Positions 50,922-64,000 of a stretch of 64,000 nucleotides of DNA are shown here, piece by piece. A program made the position numbers and the translations under genes. This DNA comes from Botryllus schlosseri (lineage: Eukaryota). Location: assembly GCA_051294905.1 (NCBI GenBank), contig CM119372.1:24306001-24370000 (forward strand). Direction: 5' to 3'. Positions within the stretch are counted from its first letter, which is position 1, and every line of letters starts with the position of its first letter. The notes under the pieces are model-generated. The model did no database searches. It was not told where the DNA came from and saw only the letters and a list, made by a program, of their open reading frames with translations.

Positions 50922-53602
50922 CAATCGAAAATCGCCACCAATGACCCCGCAGACTCTCATTGTTATGAAACATTGAGTTTCTAACTAACCAAATAAGGAA
51001 CAGACTAATTGCTAATTGACACGCATTGATCGCAACTGATGAGCACACATTCAAACCCATGTACAACAGAGCGGGGCATGGACCGGAGCCGGTCTAATTT
51101 CTTCATTTTTAGCCGGACCCGGGTCGGAGTCGGATTCATATTTTTCCGATGCGACCTGAGTCGGATCAGAGCCGGATCGTACTTTTCTGATATCGGTACT
51201 TCGGCAGGTCGCATTATTGTAACATCTGGTTCGTGGTACCGAACTTGAATATAGCTTTCAATACAACATCCACTGTAAAAGAATATTTACTGAACTCCAA
51301 GACTTTTCGGGTGCCTCTTTTCAAGAGTTAACGGCACACTAAAGGGATTTAAACAGATCTGAATGCAAAAACCAAAAAGGCTAAGTATGACGCAACAATC
51401 AAAATCACAGACCATGAAATTCGCATGGTACCAAATTGATTCGGTCAAAAACATGCGCAAATGAACGCACGGAGCTCGCACGTCAGTGCAAATTGGCTGC
51501 CAAAACAGACTGCTATGACGATTACCAAGCATATGCTTCGTCAATTGGTCAGCATCTGAGTGAATACCTCGCCTGTGCACAGCACTATAATGACATTATG
51601 TTCACTGTCATTGCGCTGCATATCTTTGTTTCATTTAAAAGTGTTGGAGTCTGCTTTTATTCAGTTGACCAAACCTATTTTACGCAGACAAAAAGATTTC
51701 CTCTATAACCTACAAATTTCTCATTAGTGCGTGTTGTTTCGTGCGTGTAACTGTTTATTTACAAATGGCGTTGCTACTTTAGTACCGGGTTTCCAGTAAA
51801 CTCGGCCCACGGTAAATTCGGCCCGGTAAATTCGGCCCGCGGTCACTTCGGCCGTCGGTAAATTCGGTCCTCGGTAAATTCGGCCTGGGCCATGGTAACA
51901 ATAACAGTTACAATAACATTAAAAACGTTTTTGGCTTAGAAACAGGCATGTTTTTACATGAAAAAAAAAACAATATTTTAACGAAATCTGGCCCTATGAA
52001 GAATACCAGTGGTTACAATATGTATTATGGTAGAAATAATTAGAATATTTTGTAGTACAACGATAGATGCTTTCCTACATTCTTGGGTAGAAAGTGCACG
52101 TCCTTACTAAGAACCTTGTCAAGAACGTTCAACAGCAGCAGTTGTTGGCCGACAACACCCAAGTTGTGCGTACACTGCTGGTGCTGGTGACACACCGTGT
52201 TGCTTCATTCTGACAATGTTGTCTACATCACAATTTTTCATCATGCGCTTCTTAATATAAGAATGATGCAATGCAAAAGAAGTCTTTCTTCAGTTAGGAT
52301 ATTGCGGTACATTGACCATAACACCATGTCTACCTATTATTTTTTTTTACCGTTTATGATTCACAATGAGCAGACGATTAGCCGTTTACAACGGTAGGCC
52401 AATAAAATAGGCTAAAAGCGGTAAAATATCAAATTATAAGTTCACCGACAGTGCTAAATCTACGATACAAACAAAATGCAGACGTCAAATTTTTTTTAAT
52501 TTTATGAAAAATTTTGACAAATTTTGACCTAACGCTGCAATTATGACAAAATTTAGACAAATTTTGACATGTCAAAAAAAAAACGCCCTACTAATGACAT
52601 ATATTTGGGATCCCCAATCTACGTCATCCGATTTACCATTAGAGCTGAGGGAGGTGAGGGCTTCGAAATTTAGGGAACGTTTATGATATTACATGGTAAT
52701 TACTTTGTTGCATGTTACGACGAATGCGCCGTCATCGAAACCGCCGACCAATTCTTGATATCATGCGTAAAACACGAATGTCATCGGTCGTTTTTTAATA
52801 AGTCATTCCAATGAGTTACATATTCCTTTGACCGTACGTAACCTACGTACCTAGTTACCGTTTGATTTGAATTACCTGAATACCGTGGCGCACATGGCCA
52901 TAAAGGGCGATAAGCTCCACGTGAATTTTCATTTATCATATTAATATTATTGTTCTTAATGATAATAATTCGAATTAAAATTTATATTTACTCACGAAAT
53001 TATTATACACCTCCCTCGAGGCCGCTACCCCCCCCCCTCCAATAGGAAATTTGGGATGCGGCAGTTACGGCCTGTTCCCAGCAACCATGATATCCCATTA
53101 TTTCATTAAAGCCTTCGTTGCTCACTTTGGCTGGATGAGTTTGCCTCGCCACGTGCATTTGTTTTGCTTTCCGAATTGGATGGAACTTCATCTCTCTTGG
53201 ATATTGTCTCGGATCCTTGACAATACGAAATCATCGAAATATTTACTATAAGGCTACCAGCAATGATGAAAAATTTGACCAGGGAAACTATAAAAGGAAG
53301 AAATTGAAAAGTATAGTCAAGTGACATACATAAAAAATCTCGGGTGGTTTATCATTACGACGTCACTGTTTTTGGTCGCCACTGTTCGCGTGGACACGAT
53401 TTTTGCTCGATGCAGAAAGGTGGAAGAGTCATTGATATAGCTGAATATTGTGCTGCACAAGTTAAATAATTTTTGTAGATCGGTGGGGACAGCAATACAA
53501 GATTTTTGACACTCACACCGACATAATATACTTTTCGCAGCTTCATCTTGTTCAGGAAATGGATTATAGAAAAACTTTACAGTTCATTCAGTGATTTCCT
53601 AC

Positions 53603-53758
53603 CTTGATTGGGATCTTCTTGCCTGTGGATGATAGCAGTCGTAGTATGACCAGTCATCTCATCGCGTTGACGCTGTTCTCCGGATTCTATGACGGTGCCC
53701 GGGCCGTTTATAAATGTCTGGTTATGATGAAAACTTTTAACCGATTTGATGGATTCAC
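53603..53758 (-). CDS. Predicted NLR N-terminal exon (GESIKSVK...QEDPNQ)
   Basis: atattcAG acceptor and AG|GTAGGA donor; 156 bp, stop-free, phase 1-1. Confidence 0.6.
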
Positions 53759-56283
53759 CTGAATATGAATGTAAACTCATAGTGATACATATAGATATCG
53801 CGTACATGTGAGCAGAAATCGATATATGCTTATGCACACTCCAGGGCTTTGGGTCACTCATAAATTTGAAACTGCTCCAGCTCCAGCTCCAGAACTATCT
53901 TCTATAATAAGTTAGCTCCGGCTTCGGAGCTCATTGATATCACTGCTCCGGCTCTAGCTCCTGCTCTGGCTCCGAAAACTATCGAATGGTTCGTTTGTAG
54001 ATGTCACGGGGAATCGTCATTTTGTGGGTATGCAACGTCCTGTGACGGGTAATTATAGGCTACTTCGTGTCGTCTGTCGATATGACGTCATAGCCACACG
54101 AGAACGCACTGTACTCCATGCCATGACTATGTATACACTTTGTACAATGTACATTGTACAGCATTAAAACAGTAACGTGACGTTTTCATACCGATAAGGT
54201 GCTCGATAATATCAAGCCATACAATCATACAGTCTAATTTAATCTTGTAATTATTATTCCGTTATACTTTCTCATCGCCCTTAGTAAAGCAACCGTCATA
54301 CACAACACAAGGAAGGCTTGTGCTTCAAACCGTTTTGCTAGAGTAAGCGATGCCTTTGCTGCTCACGCGATCAATTTACCAGCCTGGAGTTGAGAGACTT
54401 TGACAATTCTGAGTGTCTTAGCCAAATGTGATTAAAATCTCTCGCAAGGGTGTATGCACAATTGCACATAACACAGATTATATATTGAATAAAACGATAT
54501 AATAATGTACAAATGTTTCACTATATTATGATTTTGTTATATATATGAAAATAGTATTCGTACAATTTTGAAACTGGTTTCGCCATATATGGAATCTGCG
54601 AGAAGATAATAATAATCAAGAGAGTTGGAGATAAGATAAGTCTACGAAAGTTTTTCTTCGTGATTTTTTGCAATGTTTGGACAGCGTAATTCTATTCCTG
54701 CCCGAAATGCACTCTAGAGGCTGAAGTCTAACCGAATTTGCATCCTGGTTGGTGAGTGTTTTAGTCTGACTTGCATTTTTTTGGTTCCAGCCATTGCTGT
54801 ATTGTATCGGATTTGATATTAAACCAAATCGTTGAATTATTAGTAGTCACTCTATTGCAGGTCCTTAGAGCAGTATTCAATTGCGGTCCGTGGCTGGGTA
54901 TGGTTAAGTTGAATTGGAATCTATACCGGGAACACGGATGCGGAGTCGTACATGTGTTAACAAAATATGTCATTATTAGTCTGACTTTAACTCGTTGCAG
55001 ACCTACAGTTACACGAATATTAATAGTACATATGACTAATGCATTACTCTGATTAATTGATGCTGATGCCTGTGACCGATCACAAAACGCGACAACGGAA
55101 CTTCGAATTCTCTTCCAACACCCGGTTCTCTTCTTTCTGTTACCTGTTTATAAGATAGTACATAGTAAATAAATATCCACTGTCCCACAACTCATTAATA
55201 ATCCATCAAGAAGCGATGTCGAAAATGTGATATGAGATGGAGATGGAGATGGAGATGGACTATATGAATTGATGGTCATCGGTTACTGCTGTAGCGTAAA
55301 AAAGGGGATCACAGAACCAAAACATTATAAAAGGTCTGATCCAAATCATAGCAACCTTTCACGTGCCAAGGGCGCTCATTGTTGTTCAATGCATGGTTTT
55401 GTAAATTCTGTGGTAAACATCAATTTCAATGATTCAGGGATCCTAGCAATTTGAATATCCTTATTGTGATATTTAGGAAGCCCGTGCGTAAAATTGAGTT
55501 TCAATCCGGTCACGTTAATGCCTATAGATCAGTGTTTTGTTAAACTTGTCAGCGCTCATACCCCATGAGCTTTTATGAAACGTTCTTGTACCCCCTACAA
55601 TTAGTACAACGTAGTCCAATACCACATTAAAGAGAATCTGTTATATTTTGACCATACCTATATCATTCCGGTGTGTTGGCCATGCCTTAACAGAAAAGTC
55701 ATTTCCAGGATTGGAGCGATTTGTACCACATATTTGTATGCTGCAATACGACCAATCGAGATTTCAAGGCTTTCCGGATTGGGAAACAGTATTTAAACTA
55801 TAGTCCTTAGTGAAAAATGGTGATAATTTCAGTATTTCATAAATCGACTGTCACGACTCCACTCGAATCATTTCAATTCATCCGACTGTGATCAAGTACT
55901 CGAATCATTGCGCCCAGCCGTATAACAAAGTTACTTATTGCTATACATTGTACAAAATACGCCAACACAGCGTATGGTTTCACACTATATCTCGTGACCC
56001 CTGCTGTGGTGCTTCGTACCCTCAAGGCTCAAGGGGTCTATTGACCTCCGATTAAGAACCCTTGCTAGGCTACAGATGCTGATTGATCCTGTTGACTAAA
56101 AAGAAGGTCATCATTTTCGGCTCAGCCATAATCTGGGCCTCATTGTCAGTTGGAGTGTTCCTTTTTAATCATCAAATTCCCAAGTCCCCAATGTCGACGA
56201 CATCTTCGTCAGTTGAAACGGCATCACAGTTGAGAACAACCACTGACGTACGCTATTGCTTATACCGCTACTGACTTTCTTAC

Positions 56284-56359
56284 CAGAAGCCTCAGGTGAA
56301 TGGCAAGTAGGATTGGCATCAGCAGAGTTGGAATGGTCAATAGAACTTTCATCAGCCAT
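56284..56359 (-). CDS. Predicted first coding exon of the NLR gene (MADESSIDHSNSADANPTCHSPEAS)
   Basis: gacATGG start context, G|GTAAGA phase-1 donor and an upstream tatttcAG acceptor at 56401-56402. Confidence 0.55.
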
Positions 56360-57697
56360 GTCAGCAACAGCTTGGTAGTAAAGGATAAGATTGTCTTATA
56401 CTGAAATAGAACTTGTTTTACAATACTAATTTGATATTAGCCTTCGCAAAATAGCATGCATTTATATATGGGAAGGTCAGATCGAGGAAAATCTCGTTTA
56501 CTAAAAAATAACATATATGTATCTGACATTCCATATTTAGGAACAGTCACAATTAGGGACGGTGCCAACGTTCGGTTCACGATTATTTTCAATTTGCGAC
56601 AGTTGACAATTCAGCGGTTGGCGTTCGCAAAATAACCTTGGTAGGTTCCATCCCTTGAACATTTCTTTGTGATATACCAGTATTTATCAGTAATCTAAAC
56701 ATCATATGATCAAAATCTCTTGCATTTCAGCTGAGTCACGATGGCAGTAAGAAAGAAAATTCAACGCAAAAGAAAGATAAATCTTGGGACAAATACGGAA
56801 TCGATGTAATCGATGATAGCGTTATCTTCGAAATATCGATACATCGACATGTTACGAATGGCACGAATCGTTTTAAGATTTAATACCTACTGCGTTTATA
56901 CATCGCAACTACTACTCGAACCAAATACCAAACAACTCTATACCTATATTTGATTCCATATTCGCGGGTCCGAAAATGAACGATTTCACAATTTAAATAA
57001 TATTTGTAGATTATTGTACACACACTTGCTTAGAATTAGTATTCTGACGTCATAGGTTAAACGTAGGCGGAATATTCGAAACTATAACATGTTACGTCAT
57101 ACAAGGTTTGTCCGGTTTTCATGGTCATTCAACTTATTAAAGTGATAAAAACTCACCCAAACAATATGCACACTATATATACTAAAATAAATATTATATG
57201 CTCTAAATGCTATATATATGCTTTCTACTTTGCAGAATTCAAAAGAATATAGTTGGCTTCAGAAATCGTTGAAGCAGTAGGTGAAATAACCTAAAGTGTA
57301 ACCACTTTGGAACATGTAATTGCAGTACGCCAAGTACATACTGTGTCACTGACTATATAAATCCTTTATGCATATGAAAGCGTGCGAACTTCTGCTTGAA
57401 TGGTGAAGTATTTTAAAATTGGTGATGAACTATTGCTATATGAATACGAAAGGGTCAGGATCAAGTGAAATAGAGGATCAAATTTAGATAATTGATTCCG
57501 TTTATCAACAAAAACCATAAATTCTAGATAATGATTATATAATCCATAAAATTTTCACTTGGGGCGGGATCCAAATAATATTAGACAATTATATACACTG
57601 GAATAAGAGACATTATAATATTTTATGGATAGTATTGTTATGTTCGTGCATTTACGTTTGGTGTCGTTTAACTCTTGATTTCTATAGGACTAGTAAT

Positions 57698-58405
57698 TAG
57701 GGATGGTGTGAACCTCTGAAAGGTTCAGGTTCGTGTGAACGCGAAACTTTTTGAAAGGTTCTGTGTGAACGCGAACGTGAACCTCAGACCGGAGTATTGC
57801 ACTATTGCTACATTGTTATTGAGCAGAGTGTAAAAAGGGTTTCTATACTTGCTACCGATATTATGGCATTAATAAGTTATCCAGGAGTAGCCAACACCCC
57901 AATCACACACGGATTTGTTTTTTATTATACAATAAACATATAAAATCAAGATGGTCCCCATACGCGTGCTAGATTTTTACAAGACAACTATGTATTTTTG
58001 ATAAGAATTTCACTGATTGGTTAAATAAGCATCATTCGCTGACGCGGATTTCGCTCTTGATATAATGTGATTGCTGATCAAGCTCACAGCAGAGAGTCAC
58101 TAGATATTTACAAACGGAAACCTGGATATTTTGAGCAAACTTTTGTAACAAAGCAAGTAAAATCTTTGAGATGGTGAAGGTGCTTGCTCGTTTAGTGCTG
58201 ATTCTTTTATGCTGCTTGTGCCATGCATAGAGTGGCCCGCAGTTGAAATGCTATGGGTTTTAACCAATAATGTTATAATGACGTGGAAATTTGTAATATA
58301 TCACAGTGCAGAACCTACCAAGGTTAGTTTGTAAAAGTGAACCTCTAAATTTCTGAGGTTCACACACAGAACGCGAACGTGAACCGCACGTTCACACCAT
58401 CCCTA
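57698..58405 (-). mobile_element. hAT MITE family C, third copy (internally deleted)
   Basis: TAGGGATGGTGTGAA...TTCACACCATCCCTA; TSD CTAGTAAT/CTACTAAT. Confidence 0.85.
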
Positions 58406-58662
58406 CTACTAATTACCGCCAATCATTATTTCCTCGTGTGCCATGCATAGAGTGGCCCGCAGTTGAAATGCTATGGGTTTTAACCAATAATGTTATAATG
58501 ACGTGGAAATTTGTAATATATCACAGTGCAGAACCTACCAAGGTTAGTTTGTAAAAGTGAACCTCTAAATTTCTGAGGTTCACACACAGAACGCGAACGT
58601 GAACCGCACGTTCACACCATCCCTACTACTAATTACCGCCAATCATTATTTCCTCGTGTGCC
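58217..58662 (+). repeat. Near-perfect 220-bp tandem duplication spanning the MITE end
   Basis: 58217-58436 is repeated at 58437-58656; TGTGCC microhomology at the junctions. Confidence 0.9.
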
Positions 58663-58825
58663 GTGCTTGTATTTATACCCCTGCGTTCGGCTGTCTACGG
58701 TCTTTCGTTTACCTGCACTATGGATCGTGTCGCCATCCTAAGTTGTTCTGCTGACAATATACTGATTTCATATTGCAACCTCGTCGTATGAGCTATTGTT
58801 CGAAAAATATCAAGAGCATAACAAT

Positions 58826-58844
58826 TGGTGTCAGAAGTCGGATT
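58826..58844 (+). promoter_or_regulatory. Retrotransposon primer-binding site (tRNA-Leu type)
   Basis: TGGTGTCAGAAGTCGGATT, resembling the complement of a tRNA-Leu 3' end, directly after the LTR. Confidence 0.8.
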
Positions 58845-58873
58845 CATAGTTATATCTGCGGCGAAGATACAGC

Positions 58874-60505
58874 ATGGATTCAGGCATATTGAAGCTTCTC
58901 GAGAAACGGCAGGTAATTACAGCGAGTCTACATGAAACAATGGCAAACCAGAAAGCACAGCTGGAGCAACAACAAGCACAGGACAAAGAAGAAATGGCGC
59001 AGTTAACGCAAAGGTCGAGTCCCGATGCGTCCACATCTGAAGCTAACGCTCCCAAGTTTGATTCGTTCGTAAACTCAAAGAAGAAATTGGACCGATATCT
59101 GCAACGATTCAATAATCACCTAGCAAATTACGGCATTTCCAACACGAAGAAAAGAAGAGTGTGATGCTCTCATGGGCTGGACCTGAAACGTACTCGCTCC
59201 TTTGTAATTTCTTTGGATCCGCTGATGTAAGTGCGCAAACCTTCGACGCGTTGAGTGAGAAGTTGTCTACACACCAAAATGGCTCAATTCATGTGCAAGC
59301 AGCAATGTACGAGTTTTACAATTGCAAAATGCAGCCGGGGCAGTCCTGTGATGATTGGATCGCTGCTCTACGCGGAATCTCCAAAGATTGCAACTTCACA
59401 TGTTCGAGAGAAGGCTGTAATCAGAGCTACGTTGATGAGCTAATGCGTGATCTCATCATTAAAGAAACGCTGCACGCGAATGTGAGACGGCATTGTCTAA
59501 CATAAACCAATCCATTCCTTGACGACGTTCTTAAAGTAGCCGCAACAGACCTGAGAACGCTGGAAGGTGATAGGGTTATCCAGGGCGAGAGTAACGGCAA
59601 AGACACTTCCATCGTCAACAAAATGACGAGAAGTTATCAGAAGGGGAGAAAACCTTCCAAATCCATCCAGGGCAACTTCGCGGGAAGACTGAAATCCCGC
59701 AGCCGCTGTTTCATCGATTACCAGAGAAACAGACTGTCAATATCGACATGCAATATGTCAGAAATGTGGTCGCAGGTCATATCAAACCTGTGTGCATGAC
59801 TACCGAACCAAATGCTTCGGGCAGTATCACGCGACAGGTTTCATCCGTCAATTTCTGCTCAGTGCCGCTCCTCTCCTTCGACATCTATCAACTATATCGA
59901 CGCGTGGGAAACCAGCTCTGTACCAACTTCAACATCATCGGCATTCCGTTGCCGACACAGTTGGACACTGGTGCTCCCTCCGCCATGGTGTGATCGACTG
60001 GGTACAAAACTTTAGGCTCTCCGAAACGCTGAGCATACCATTGCTCTTTCGTAGCGTACGGCGACAAGCCACTAAAAGTGAACGGTATTTGCACTGTAAC
60101 CGTGCAGGTGGTTTCCGAAGTTCGAGTTGACTCAAAATTGGTTGTTCTCGACGACCACCGTGGGCACAACATTTTTGGTCTCGATTGGAGCGATTCTATC
60201 CATGACCGCAAAGAAAACGTCTGCGTTGGATGCAATTTCCTCGCAGATGGTCAAATCGCAGTCATGTTATACTATCTACATTTGTGATTCGAACAACAAA
60301 TTGCTGTCTTTTCAGTCGAAATTTACCTCCGTTTTCTCTAATGTATTAGGCCGATGTACCAAGGCAATGGTGACAATTCACTTCGGGCCTAATGCCAAGC
60401 CCGTGTTTAACAAGCCACGTCATTTGCCTTTCGCAAGGCAAATCGCTATTCAAACCGAATTGAATATAGATTAGCTAATCAAGGTATTCTCGAACCAATC
60501 AATTA
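58874..60505 (+). pseudogene. Decayed Gypsy gag-protease-start of RT
   Basis: Gag-like (YLQRFNNHL, LLSWAGPETY, QPGQSCDDWIAALR, DELMRD), aspartic protease QLDTGA and pre-RT KPVFNKPRHLPFA. Multiple frameshifts and stops; ends at a hAT-type terminus near 60506. Confidence 0.85.
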
Positions 60506-61257
60506 CAGCTGTGGTTCTTAACCTTTCTACCTCCAGCGCCCCCTTTCAAAATTTATCGTGCCCTAGCGCCCCCCATATTGCATGAACTGTAATAAAACAA
60601 TGGGTAAGAGGGAAAACCGTAACAGCACTTCGTCATCCCCCCCCCAAAAAAAAACGATGGTCTTGGGCATCCATAGCGTGATAAACCAAATTTCTGGGGG
60701 CTTCGCTCCCAAGAACCTCTTCGCGTGATTTCAATGGTCAGCAAAGTTCTACAATGCATGAATGGATGGTGGTAGTTGCATATTATGTCGCCAGAATTTT
60801 TTATCCTCTCACCCCCCGTAATCTGGTTTACCAGTAGCATGGTTGCATCACAATACCAAACTCACTTACATTGCAACATCTGAGGTTTATTTTAGCGAGT
60901 TCCAGGGCCACGAACAGAATTAAATAGATATTTTCGCAATCAGTACCGTGGTAGCTTTCCATTGATACCCATTTAATCAAATTTAATGCTGGACAAGCCG
61001 GTCGAAATTACCGTCAAATTGCCTTTGACCAAATGGAAAGTGTGACGTAGACCAATTTCACTGAGCCGTGAGATTTGCTTGTGTCCACACCATATAGGAC
61101 ACTATGAACAAACTATAAAACTGGTAGGAGAAATTGTAAAATATCAAAAGGTCGTATAGCTTGCGTTGCGTAGCTTATTTAGATATATAAGCAGGTAGGT
61201 ATGGCAACCGCCATTGGCATAATATTGCCCCTTTGATGTATAGTTGGTTACATCCTT

Positions 61258-63610
61258 CAGACATGGGGTGATTACTTCATGAATGTAATCGATTGCGATT
61301 ACGATTACTTCCGAATGACGCTTATAACGATTACGATTACGATTACAGCAAAAACAGGAAGTAGTCGATTACGATTACGATTACATTGGAAAAGTAATCA
61401 CGATTACTCACGATTACATTTACTTTGCATTTTAGAAGTTATATTGGAAGACAATATGTGGATTGCGCTGAAAAGGCCTAATGAGATAACGAAATTCCTT
61501 TAAAAAATATGCGCCATTTGCTTGTTACGTCATGATGCACCAATTGCGCATTTCTATACAGGACGATTTATCGCACCCAACGATTTGCATTCTTGCCAGG
61601 TCCATGACTGCCGCACCCCCAAATTTCCCAATAGGGTGGGGAGCGAGCTCGAAGGGGTTTCAAGATTATTTCGTAAACCAACATAAATTATAGAGTATTC
61701 TCGAGAACTTTAATTAACTTGTAAATTCTTCTTAGATAAGCTTGATTTTGGAATGCATACGTCTCCCCCTCAACAAAAAAAGCATACATAATTTATGGTG
61801 GGCTTGTATTTAAAACAAATGGTTGTTTGAAACACATTGTTTAAAACATGTTTTAAGCAGTGTTATAAATAAAGGCTTTTAGAAAAAACTAAATTGTGTT
61901 TTTTTAAGTTGTAAAATTATGCCATAATTGTGTAAATGCTTTTCAAAATTACCACCCGATTTAGACGACGTACATCGATATGAGATGATTGGAACCCCTC
62001 AAAATGGTCGGTTCAAGAGTTATAGAACAGATATTTCGTCAAAGAAGCTATATTTACCCTATATTTTCAATTGTCAATGTCAATCCACATTCGTGACGTC
62101 ATGGCTTAAAACAACAACAACAAAAACAAAACAATAAAAAAACATGTTTTAAACAAGGGCCTTATTGTAAACATACTTGCTTTAAATTTATTTTTGTTTT
62201 AAATGCAACCCTAATTTATAGCAATAGGCATTTAGGTTCCAGTCAATACCGTGCCACGACACACCAAAATACATGTGCAATTTCGACCAACACGCGACTT
62301 CACGAAGTCTGCTACTAAAGAAAGACCTTGGACGAAACTTAGGGTATGTGTCTATTGTCAATAGCCTCGCTGGGTGAGCGTGACTAATTCCGTCCTTTCA
62401 CTCCGAGCCCACAATGCAAATGCTACCCGGACACCCACAGAGCATTAAAGGCATGACAATTTGTGTGTGCGTCTCACGAAAGTTTTTCTTTTAGTCTGCT
62501 ACGTCAGGAATACAACAATATCTTTTGATTGTAGAACAGACCGGAAGTCACGAATTAGCAACATACACTAAAGTAATAATAACAAGATAACAGACGTTAT
62601 AATTATGAATTACGTGCCCCCTGCTCTACAGGTAAACCTGACCATCAGGGGCAGAGAGAGAGAGAGAGAGGAATAAATAATAATAGTAATGCGATTACCA
62701 ATATTATTGACGAAATTCAGTCTTCAACTTGAATTTATCATCCTATGGGGCCTAAGACCAACGTTCGGAGTAGGGGACGAATAGCTGTCTTGGTCCTGAG
62801 TCTAGCTACAATTCACACCAACATGATATTTAGACCCATGGCTATGGCGGCAGGTCCCAATGTTGAGTAAAGAATTATGAAATAACGATTGGCGCATGTT
62901 TCAAGTAGAGTCATATGAGCAGAACATAAAATTCTGCCTTCAAGTTGATCCAGATAATGTACTGCAAGCTGCCGCTACGAGAAACGACAAACACGGCCCG
63001 GATATGATATATATCAGCAGCTGTTGATTTTTATTGCTTCGTTTTGGAAACCGTAATGTTTTATTTGATGAGTACAAAATTTCAAATCTCTGTCGAGCAG
63101 CAACGGTCAAACTGCGTTTGCATAACCAAACATCAATACACAAGTTACTAGGTAGAGTGGTGATGATTAATTATCCCGCTGAGGGGTACTGGCGCGTGGA
63201 ACGTGTTGATAACCTGATATACAGCACGGCGGGTGTTCTTACAATCACACGAATGTACGTGACGTACATCGAATATCTATTTACTGTGGATACTTCTTAC
63301 GAAATGACTAGCAAAGCCAATAGGCTACTTATGACGTAATAATGAGCAATGGCATTTAAAAATCAGACGTTTGAACCTGGTATAATACATCTTCCTTGTT
63401 CACGAATGTTCAGTTTATGTCATAGTCCTTGTACAAATAAAAAGTAATCGTTCTTTCACAAAGAAATCGATTAGATATGGGAAGTAGTCGATTACGATTA
63501 CGATTACTTCGGAATTTTTTCGAATGTGATCGATTGCGATTACGATTACTTGAAAATGCTGTAATCGTCGTAATCGATTACGATTACTAATCGTGATTAC
63601 CTCATGTCTG
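61258..63610 (-). mobile_element. hAT family B, copy 3 (no family C insertion)
   Basis: CAGACATGGGGTGATTAC...GTGATTACCTCATGTCTG; degenerate TSD CATCCTT/CATCCTGT. Internal sequence is the reverse complement of copies 1 and 2. Confidence 0.88.
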
Positions 63611-64000
63611 CATCCTGTGCGATCTTGGGTATCTTTATATATGTTATTATCGCCAATTTAATATGGCGAGTATTAACTAGTCGTAGCCTACGCTTCACAG
63701 CTGTAACACCACTGGATTGTTCGGCGATTGCACATTTCTATTGATATGGCACAGATTCATTATGTTCAAGTTGTTATTGATCTATTCCAACATTCGAAGG
63801 TAAAATCAAACGCTGATTATATTTGACTTCTGTAATGACATGATTAAAATAGCCTACTTATCTGGAGTAGGCCTATGGTAGAAATCCGAAAATAAGACCC
63901 ACTTTGAGATACATTGAATTCCCCTATTATTGGTGCTGCGGCCCGCGGCGCCATCAGAGAGTAGGAAATTGGCCCGCGAGCACATTTGAGTTTGAGACCT

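Larger units (their letters stand above)
57636..58823 (+). mobile_element. 5' LTR of a Gypsy retrotransposon, interrupted by a family C MITE
   Basis: TGTTATG...CATAACA inverted termini, followed 2 nt later by a primer-binding site. Confidence 0.75.

Overview
AT-rich, intron- and transposon-dense eukaryotic DNA (invertebrate animal; an ascidian-like genome is my inference, not proven). (1) The most striking feature is a 13.7-kb element at 7123-20822 with Maverick/Polinton ends (AGTAGT...ACTACT and a 6-bp target-site duplication [TSD], GGTGCC). It is almost entirely one palindrome: two near-identical 6,385-bp inverted arms around a 930-bp spacer, with no intact Polinton gene that I can recognise. 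(2) A minus-strand NLR-type gene (NACHT plus a short LRR region) can be assembled from phase-compatible GT-AG exons between about 56.4 kb and 21.7 kb. Its predicted N-terminus has no recognisable death-fold domain but carries a RHIM-like motif. (3) The introns and flanks hold many non-autonomous hAT elements with 8-bp TSDs, including a four-level nest, plus a CACTG-ended element, a 5'-truncated RNase H-bearing LINE, a Gypsy LTR remnant, a tRNA-Glu(CTC) gene and a tRNA-derived SINE. Most short ORFs in the supplied track are spurious. All alignments and gene models were made by eye; no searches were run.
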